IMG/VR virus record: IMGVR_UViG_3300050821_002136
Location: 32,001 to 96,000 of that record
Reading direction: 5' to 3' (one strand)
Length of the DNA: 64,000 bases
Source of the DNA: a virus
Made by a program: the position numbers and the translations under genes. Under the pieces are notes generated by a model. The model was not told the DNA's origin, did not search any database, and was given only the letters and a program-made list of their open reading frames with translations. Shown here piece after piece: positions 35,510-43,700 of the stretch (the stretch's first letter is position 1; each line of letters opens with the position of its first letter).

Positions 35510-36154
35510 TTAGTTTGCGTAGTATGGTACTTTTACTTGCGTGCCTGCAACATTGACGATTAGGTAGCCAGCAACCGTGGCGGGAGGTGTTATGCCACCG
35601 ACAGAAGCCGTGGCGCTGACCGTGCCACCAAAGCCCACTTGAGCAGCTGCTACGGTGGGTGCGGCAACGGTCAGTACGATGTCCCCCAAAGTCAATTTGG
35701 CCGAGGCATTATTTCCTACTCCATTGCCCATTGTAAAAGACGCTGCACCTATGCTCGATATGTTGCCGTCTACTGGGGAACCAAATTGTATAGGTGCTCG
35801 TTGGACTGATTGAAGTCCTCCCCCACCAATACGCCATTGGGAACCACTACTGATATCGAAGACAAGAAAATTACCACCCGAAGGAATAACCGTAGCGGTG
35901 GCAACTGTCCCATCTCCAAGAGTAGAGTCGTTAGTTCCTTTCATCGCAAATAGATTTGTGAGACTTGAACCGTTGATGGTCAATGCGCCAGTCGTAGGAT
36001 TCCCTACAACATTTCCTAGTGGCCCAGCACCGATAGCTGCATCTAAGATCTCAAAGTTGTTGCCTGAGGTAAGGCTCATGTTGTTGAGCGCTAGTTTGAG
36101 GTTAGGAGTGACAGGTTGGTCACCTCCTGGGTAGAGCGTGATTGGGTTTGCCAT
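35510..36154 (-). CDS. Short fibre/spike protein
   Basis: N-terminus YP.GD..VTPNL.L...NF..LD.A shared with 36780-38771; Gly/Thr-rich; C-terminal GYL.VNV.G...VPYY. Confidence 0.6.
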   Translation of the reverse strand: MANPITLYPGGDQPVTPNLKLALNNMSLTSGNNFEILDAAIGAGPLGNVVGNPTTGALTINGSSLTNLFAMKGTNDSTLGDGTVATATVIPSGGNFLVFDISSGSQWRIGGGGLQSVQRAPIQFGSPVDGNISSIGAASFTMGNGVGNNASAKLTLGDIVLTVAAPTVAAAQVGFGGTVSATASVGGITPPATVAGYLIVNVAGTQVKVPYYAN

Positions 36155-36158
36155 ATTT

Positions 36159-36209
36159 TTACCTATTTCCTACGACGATGTCTGCTGCGGTGGTAAGTGT
36201 GCTTGACAT
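36159..36209 (-). pseudogene. 16-codon mini-ORF MSSTLTTAADIVVGNR (fibre-gene remnant or coupling peptide)
   Basis: AGGAG RBS; C-terminus resembles the YVVIGNR end of 36780-38771. Confidence 0.4.
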
Positions 36210-36223
36210 ATTGCTCCTAGTTC

Positions 36224-36772
36224 CTAACAAGCATCTCTTCGTGCTTGGCTCCAAGGTTTCCCCTTATTTGCCACACGTAGTCTACGTCTTGTTTCTTCAG
36301 AAACTTTGCGGCCTAAATTTGCTTCACTTAATCTACGTCGGACTTCCGCTGAAACTTTGTGACCCAGAGCAGAAGTATTACCCATCTTAGCTGCACTCTG
36401 CTTGCGATGATAATCTTCGGTGGGGACCCAATTTTTTCTGGTGCTGGGTTTTCCTAGTTTTGCAGCACTCATCTTTTGTCGAGTAGACGCAGAGAATACT
36501 TGCCCAGCAGGGCCATCACCGCCTTCTGTTAGGTTGCGAAGTATGCCCGTGCCCAAATCTTTGCGGCCATAGTACCAAATCAACGCAGTCTCTGTCTCAA
36601 ACGCATCTGTTTCAGATTCTGCTAAGTAAATCACTATGCGCTCTTTAACAGGTGCTGAGTGCTTCCTTGTCCCAGTCCAGTGAGTTCTAAAGGCCCTTCT
36701 TCCAAGTCCCTTGCCGACGTAGTAAGGGGTTCCGTCTTCTCTCAGCCACATGTATGTGTAAAAAGTAGGCAT
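36224..36772 (-). mobile_element. GIY-YIG-like / NUMOD3 homing endonuclease (paralog of 34427-35110)
   Basis: FYTYMWLREDGTPYYVGKG...YGRKDLGTGILRNLTEGG; AAGGAG RBS. Confidence 0.85.
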
Positions 36773-36779
36773 AAGCTCC

Positions 36780-38771
36780 TTAACGGTTTCCGATAACCAC
36801 ATAATTAAATGTTACGTCCCCTGCTAGGGCCGTCTGGATGTTTACTGTCCAGCCTGTCCACGCCCCAGCACCTCCCGAGTACGTTACCCAGTACCCCACA
36901 GGAACACCGAGAGCAAGGGGATCACTCGTAGGTGTGATGACAATAACGGGTTGACCTGTGCCTGTATAATTAGCTGCAAAGGTCACCGCTTTGGTAGTGC
37001 CTCCAGCAGTAACCGTAGCCTGTCCTGCAAAGTCTGCACCTGATAGGCTGACACGGTTAAAGCTTAGGTTACCTGTGGTGTTCCCAGCAGTCCCGTTGCC
37101 TAACGCCAAGGAACCAGCGCCTAGCCGAGAGAACGCAATGTCTGTATTAGACACAACGTTGAGTGCGAAGCCGAGAACGACGGAATTACTTATTATCTGT
37201 AAGCCGAACCCAGGTGCACCGGAAATGGCTTGCCAGATAGCTGTACCACCCGTAGCGCATAGTACGCCATTGTTGCCTCCAGCACCGTAGAATCCACTAT
37301 TAATCGCGTTGCCCACGGCAAACGTACAATTACTGGCACTACCTGTGATAGTGGCCTTGAATCCCGGAGAAGACATGTAAGCAAGCCCGGTACTGCCGGT
37401 GTGCACAAACGCCAGCGTGCTTGCACCGTTCGCACCTGCAGTAAGTGACGAACCGATGGTCCAAGTATCCTGAGCTGATGCCGCACCCGTCCAATAGTTA
37501 GCGGCAAATTGATGCGTAGGACTTGCGTTCGTTGTAAGAGCAGTCGCAATGGTCGTGTTGGCCCAAAGCCAAGCAATTGCCGAGGTCTGATTGAACGTAG
37601 ATGTGAACCCAGCATTGGCTAATGTTAGGTTTCCCGAGGCATTGCCGATCTGATTCCAAAGCACGGTACCTGTTGGAATGTCGGCCGTTACTAAGGCTCT
37701 AAACGTGGGAGCCGTGGCCCCACCTGAGGTTGGCCCAGCAAATACAGTGTTAGCTGTTTGGGTACTCAAAGAGAACGTTAGTGCTGGGGTAGTCGTAACT
37801 GTCGCTACCGATGTCGTGAATAGTGGGCTAAGGTTCCCTGCGCTGAAGGACGTGACTGTGCCTGCCTGCGGCGTGATCCATGCAACCTGCGTACCCGTGG
37901 AACTGAGCACCATCCCGCTAGTCCCTAGAGATCCTGTGTGATCTTGTATTCCCGCAAGGGGAAGATTTAGGTTACCTGTGGCATCAATGCTAACGGCAAG
38001 CACACTGCCGTTCGTATACCATCGTGAAAGATCACCCGTGTTAGACCCAACAATAGTCAAGGCTATTCCACTAGTAGAACCGTTGTAGGCTCCACTGGCA
38101 GGCTGCATGAATATGCTGGACCCTAAGAATGTAGAGGTGTTGCCTTTAATCTGGACGGAGCCAGTAATGTTCCTTACAAACAATCCGTTGTTTACAGAAA
38201 GATCTGCTAGGTTCGCGCCCGAACTTAGCTGCAACCCATCGGAGGCTCCTGAGTCTAAAGTAGCAGTATTCCCAGACGAGTCCACCATCGACAACTGCAC
38301 TCCGATGGCATCACCGTACGGCACTGCTGACATACCCCAGCTTGAGCCGGATTGTCCGTTCACATACCAGTTCTGAATGTTGCTGCTAGAAGAGTCCCCA
38401 GTTACACTAAGGGCTACGCCAAATCCAACTGTAGCCAGAGCCAGCAGACCATTGGTAAAATCTATGACACTACCAGGGAGACCACCGAATACTCCCGCAT
38501 TGTTCCCTTGAACGTTTCCAGAAGAACCTCCAGGAGTACTTGTAGCAGCTGTTAAAGAAATGTTGCTTCCTACTACAGAAAGTGTAACAGACGCACTGTT
38601 GACAAAGTTGGGATTGTTGACGACTGAGCCATTGACCATGAGGATACCGACACTACCAAAGGCTGTGTCGAGCAAAATAAAGTTCTCGTCAACAACTTCG
38701 TTAGTGCCCCACAATCCGAGTCCTAGATTGGGCGTGACTTGGTGGTCCCCGCTTGGATAAATTAGAGCCAT
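36780..38771 (-). CDS. Tail fibre / receptor-binding protein
   Basis: G/S/T/N-rich beta sequence; GTVTS, ANTVFAGPTSG and PTFRALVTADIP fibre motifs. Confidence 0.7.
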   Translation of the reverse strand: MALIYPSGDHQVTPNLGLGLWGTNEVVDENFILLDTAFGSVGILMVNGSVVNNPNFVNSASVTLSVVGSNISLTAATSTPGGSSGNVQGNNAGVFGGLPGSVIDFTNGLLALATVGFGVALSVTGDSSSSNIQNWYVNGQSGSSWGMSAVPYGDAIGVQLSMVDSSGNTATLDSGASDGLQLSSGANLADLSVNNGLFVRNITGSVQIKGNTSTFLGSSIFMQPASGAYNGSTSGIALTIVGSNTGDLSRWYTNGSVLAVSIDATGNLNLPLAGIQDHTGSLGTSGMVLSSTGTQVAWITPQAGTVTSFSAGNLSPLFTTSVATVTTTPALTFSLSTQTANTVFAGPTSGGATAPTFRALVTADIPTGTVLWNQIGNASGNLTLANAGFTSTFNQTSAIAWLWANTTIATALTTNASPTHQFAANYWTGAASAQDTWTIGSSLTAGANGASTLAFVHTGSTGLAYMSSPGFKATITGSASNCTFAVGNAINSGFYGAGGNNGVLCATGGTAIWQAISGAPGFGLQIISNSVVLGFALNVVSNTDIAFSRLGAGSLALGNGTAGNTTGNLSFNRVSLSGADFAGQATVTAGGTTKAVTFAANYTGTGQPVIVITPTSDPLALGVPVGYWVTYSGGAGAWTGWTVNIQTALAGDVTFNYVVIGNR

Positions 38772-38779
38772 GGTCCCTC

Positions 38780-39316
38780 CTAGGAACGCTGTGCTTGCCG
38801 CAATATTTGGCGAAGATGACTTGACATTGTAGAGAAGCTCTCTGCTCCACCTGTTTCTGCTACAGCTTCTCCCTTATTATCTGGGGCTACAGGATGCTCG
38901 ACATTTATGTCTTCAACCAGAGCAGATGCTTCCATAACCCGATTGAATGAGGACTCCTTCTGATGTTGTTCCTCAGAAAATTCTGCATCTGAAATGGCTT
39001 TCTCTAGCCATTCCAATTTTTCTCTCTGGAGTCGCAGAGTCTCATCTAAGGCGTGCTGCTTCTGTTCCGCAGAAACTCGCTCGGCTACGTCGCGTATACG
39101 CTGTGCTTCTGCCTCGTCCTTCTCAGCTTTTTTCTTGCGCTCATGCTCAGCAACTTTGGCTGTGTATTCATCAGTTCTTGCTTTTCTTTCCATCTCTACT
39201 TCAAGCAGCATTTCTTCGCGTTCTTTGGCATGCTTAGCAGCGTTCGCACGACGTTCCTCATCGAGTTTGGCAATTTTAGCCGCCAACTGGGCTTGCAGTT
39301 CTTCAATGCTTGGCAT
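38780..39316 (-). CDS. Coiled-coil hypothetical protein
   Basis: E/K/R/A-rich; AGGAG RBS. Confidence 0.7.
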   Translation of the reverse strand: MPSIEELQAQLAAKIAKLDEERRANAAKHAKEREEMLLEVEMERKARTDEYTAKVAEHERKKKAEKDEAEAQRIRDVAERVSAEQKQHALDETLRLQREKLEWLEKAISDAEFSEEQHQKESSFNRVMEASALVEDINVEHPVAPDNKGEAVAETGGAESFSTMSSHLRQILRQAQRS

Positions 39317-39373
39317 ATTCTGAGATCTCCTGAGTCAAATGTGTAGGGCTCTTGGGAGAGCCCATGGGTATTA

Positions 39374-39976
39374 CTAAGCGTACGACGCGATGTTGTTCTG
39401 CGCCATGACATACCACGCACCTTGCCAAGCCATGAGTTCGATGCTCGAACCCCGGAAAGAGGCAAAGTTGACTGTGGTGACCGCAGCTGTTCCGGGGCGA
39501 AGAGTTCCGCCCGTGAATGTGATCGTGTGGGCCGCGTTGGTATTGGTCGTGACCTTGATTACGATTCCATCATCTGTGGTGACGGTCGGAGCGGCTATTG
39601 TCATAGCATCGACACCAGCAGTCGTGACCATGTATGTTCCCGGTGTGTGTGCAGGGATGGCATCTGCTCCACCCGAGAGCAGAACAATTGGAGCGAGTTT
39701 AAGAGAGGTAGCTGTGATCACTCCGGTCCCAGTAGCTGAAAGCACGCCACCCGTTCCGATAGTTAGAGCCGAGGTGTTAGTGCCCGAGGTGATCGCACCG
39801 AAAGCAGGCGCACCTCCTCCTAAGAGATCCACTCCAGCACTGTCAATTACGTGGAAAGTGTCATTGTCAGAACGGTAGAACATACGCGCCTGATTTGCTG
39901 GAGGGTTAGCAGGCGTTGCTGGCTGACCGAAAAAGTCGGTGACAGAGGTCTTACTAAACACTGATACTTGTGACAT
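39374..39976 (-). CDS. Virion structural protein (fibre or decoration-like)
   Basis: T/G/A-rich; AAGGAG RBS. Confidence 0.6.
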   Translation of the reverse strand: MSQVSVFSKTSVTDFFGQPATPANPPANQARMFYRSDNDTFHVIDSAGVDLLGGGAPAFGAITSGTNTSALTIGTGGVLSATGTGVITATSLKLAPIVLLSGGADAIPAHTPGTYMVTTAGVDAMTIAAPTVTTDDGIVIKVTTNTNAAHTITFTGGTLRPGTAAVTTVNFASFRGSSIELMAWQGAWYVMAQNNIASYA

Positions 39977-39997
39977 CGTGTTAACTCCTTAAACTAC

Positions 39998-40699
39998 TTA
40001 TGCTGCCAATTTTGCTACGATTGTTCCTGCTCCGGTTACGCCGGTTGTGTTGAACCTATAAAAGCGTGCGTCTAGTGTCCCTATGCTTACTTGTCCACCC
40101 GTCACCACGCCTCCGGTCACGCTGACAACTGTAGCTACGTCTGCGTATTCGCTGTCTAGATCAATGTTAGCAGATTGCAAAGTGACCACAGCCGTAGTAG
40201 GAATGGTTGGGAAACTAACAACTGCACTTAGAGTTTTGCCTTGGTTTAGAGTTGCAGTGTTGAATGAAACAGCTACAGGTACTGAAGCACTTGCGACCAA
40301 TACCTCGGCAACTTCAGGTTGAGGTACAGCAAATTGTCCACCATCGGCAGCTGCAGCGCTGTTTCCAGCGCCCAGGAAACTAAACGTATAAATCCCACTG
40401 TCAGGATTCATAGCGGCGGAAACTGCGGTGAGAGCAGCGTTAGTAACGTTGTAAGCTCCGGCAGCATTAGCGCTTCCGACTATGGTGATCAGAGGTTTGG
40501 ATAGCGCACTCACAATGGGCACATTGCCGGATAGAATTTGAACCGTGACATTTGAAGTTGTGCCGTTACCTGAGTCTGACAAAACATTTCCTAGGGTCGG
40601 TGAAGTTTTGTCGTTGAATTTTCCCCACAGATACGTCAAGTAACCGCTCATGAGTACAGAGGGCATAGGTTTAAACGGCGTCTTTAAATATGCTGACAT
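39998..40699 (-). CDS. Virion structural protein (beta-sandwich)
   Basis: Beta-rich; V.LQ.A...RFYR C-terminus. Confidence 0.6.
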   Translation of the reverse strand: MSAYLKTPFKPMPSVLMSGYLTYLWGKFNDKTSPTLGNVLSDSGNGTTSNVTVQILSGNVPIVSALSKPLITIVGSANAAGAYNVTNAALTAVSAAMNPDSGIYTFSFLGAGNSAAAADGGQFAVPQPEVAEVLVASASVPVAVSFNTATLNQGKTLSAVVSFPTIPTTAVVTLQSANIDLDSEYADVATVVSVTGGVVTGGQVSIGTLDARFYRFNTTGVTGAGTIVAKLAA

Positions 40700-40768
40700 T
40701 TTTAATTCCTTCCGATGCTTTTAGCATCTCCTTCAGGTTGGCGAGGGCCGTGATCAGTGGCCCTTGGT

Positions 40769-43700
40769 TTATCTTGCTTTACCTAGCGGTGTTATTTTGA
40801 TCTTGTACCGCTTACTGGCATTGTCCCAGGTAGCATCCCCGTCGCGCACCAACGATTGCCATACGTTCTCGGCTTTGATGGACACTTGGTTATCGGAATA
40901 GAGTGTTCGTACACCCTTGCTTCTGGCGTAGTCTATAGCCTGCTTGTACATTTCTGTACCATGGCCTTTGCTACGGAATGCGGGGTTGAGTTGAGAGGTA
41001 CTGATCTCCATCGCATCCTTGCCTAGTTCAGGCACAGGCGTCATGGACATCTGCCCAGCTTTCTCCCCGTCCACCTTAACTGACAAGATGGTTTTCTGAG
41101 GACGTTCGCTGAGCGGTGTGACCTTTACGCTGGGAGACTCTTCAGTCTGTGTCCTGAATTGGTCTGGGTTGAATTCAGTGGTCTCATCTTCTGCTGGCTC
41201 GACTCCGCTGAAGAGGTTGCCTGTTTTTGCGGCTGGGATGGTGCCTTTGCCGCGTGCTGCTTCGACACGTTTAAAAGCCCTCCGAGCACTGTCTTCAGAA
41301 GTAGGGCTAGCTCCGCTGGTGTCTTTTGGTTTTGGCTTTGGCTCGACTTCTTTTGCGAGTCGTTCGACAAGTTTTCCATGGTCTATTCCCATATCCTTTA
41401 GAAGATTTATTGTGTCAGGGTCGTGCTGTATGATGTCCGAGAAATCCTCAGAGTACCTGCGCATTTCGTACGGGTCCTCAGAAGCTTCTACACCCTTTTC
41501 GGTGAGCGTCTTGATGAACGCCCAGACTGCGGCTTGCGCTTCGGCCGGTTCCCATCCAAGCTCCTCAGCCGCTGCCCTAGTCATTACTGAGATAGGGTGG
41601 TAGCTGTGTGCGCTCTGAATATCCCCAGCTTTCATGTCAGAAAAGAGGGCCATCCATCCATCGTTGGTCACTCGATTAAGAACGCCTTTGAGGTTGTCAG
41701 CAAAGCTTGGCACTTTGAAAGCGCTGTTCTTGCTGATGTCCGGCCACATGGGCTCTCCTGCGAGAGCTTTCATAGCGTTGGGTACCTTGGCACCGGGAAG
41801 AGTGAATCCTCCCTTGTCCGAAGGTTGCCTTAGCAATTTCTCCAGAGCTGCGCCTTCAGGGCGTCCCTTGTCTACGTAGTTGGTCCAGACTCTCAAGGCC
41901 TCACGCATGTTCATAGCGACTGATTGCTGGGGTGAGCCAGAAGCCAGAAGCCCTACGAACTTGTCCCTGTCTCCTGGCTGATCAAAGTACTCAGGAGATT
42001 CCTTAGCCATTGCATCGAATGCTTGGCCGCTGCGTTGGTACCACTTGCGTTCTCCTGCGCCCTTCTTAGCTGCATCTACGAACTCTTGGACTTCTGGGAT
42101 CTTCTCCATGTTGTCCATGAATCTTTTAGTGCTAGCTTCGGACTTAGTGACGCCTTCGCGCTCCTCGGGAGTGAGGTGCTTCTCAGCAGTCTCCCCCAGG
42201 TTTACTTCCTTAGCAGGAGCTGCAGCAGTCGCTGGAGCCCCACCAGAAACAGTGGGGTTGCCGAACTCATCCGTAGGTGAGCCCTTAGCGTTCTTGATAG
42301 GTGCGATGTCACGAATGGCTTTCTCAAGGGCTTCAGGAGTGGCATTACCGTACGCGATGTTGCGCACCTGATCCATGCTCTTTGGGTCAGCTACTTCTAC
42401 GTAGACTTGACCAGTCCTCATCTGTGGAGACATCTTTTGCAAGTGCTCCAGCTGCTCAGTAGTTATACCATCCTTCGGTATAGACATGTTGAACGAACGA
42501 TCCCCATACGCTCCATAGGAACGCATGCGGATAGCGCCTTGCTCATTAATAAAGCGCTCACGAGGTGGGTTCGCATCCGTAGTTTTACCTCCAAGCATTT
42601 GATCATGGATGTTGCCGCCTGTTTGTGCAACTCCACGACCGTCTGCAAGAATGAACGCAGTGTGAGCGGGATCTCCGTCCGACTCTCCGTACTTCTTGAT
42701 CAGCTCGTCGCCTGTAGGCAACTTAGTGGCCCTACCTGGGGCTCCTCCACCTTGGCCTTTCTTAGCAAGTTCCTCTTGTACCTTGGCACGTTCTTCTGCG
42801 TCCATGGTTTTTTGGTTTCCTGTAAGGTCGGTCTTCTCAGGAACATCAGCGCCACGACGGGCCATCTCTACGTCGGACTCAGGTTCTCCTGGGGTATACA
42901 CTCCTTCAGGTTGAGTTTCTTTGAAAGGCACTGCGAAAGGTTCTCCATCGACAATGGAATAATAGGGCTGTTCCTTAGCCTTGTCTCCTGTGATCAATCC
43001 TTTATTGTCCGAGGGATCAATCTTGCCGCTTTCTAAGTGATGCAAACCCTCCTGCGTTAGAATAGACTCTTGGCCGTGCTTCTTGCCAAGTTCGGCAGCG
43101 TCTTCGGGTGTTATGTCTGGGACGAAGTAAGAGTGTTCGGTTTTACCCTCAACATCTTTATTCACTCCACCGACTGCTTTAGGATTATAGCCTTTGTCTT
43201 TTAAGTCCTGTAGCAGCTCGTGATTTCTCTGTATGTTCTCAGCGTCTGATAGACGTTCATTGCCGGGATTCTCAGCCGTCAATACAGCGAAGGGTTTTTT
43301 ATCACCTTTGATGTGATCAAAGACTTCCTTGGGCTTCACTGCGTCTCGTTCCATTGCGAAGTCAGGAAGTACTCCGGCTTTTTGGTCTGCAAATTGTCCA
43401 GCAGTCTTGCCGCCACGTACACCTTCGTTGTTAAAGAACCAAGAAGTCTGCCCACGAGTTTCTGTGGTCATAGCAGGGCGAGCTACTGGGTCCATCATTT
43501 GCATGTGGGCGTTCCAAGCGCTCTCTTCTCCAGACTCGCTAAAGTCATGGCCTTGAGCAACGTGTCCAAACAAATCATGTATGGCTCTAAACATTGTATT
43601 GTAGGTTTCTCCAGTTTTTGGATCAACCTCAGCCAACGGGTGTCCTTCTTGCAGAGGATTTCCTCCTCGGAACACACCCAGATGCTTGTTGTTTTTCACG

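Noticed and set aside
34427-36772. Group I introns around the homing endonucleases
   Set aside because: The flanking genes are uninterrupted and there is no space for an intron core.
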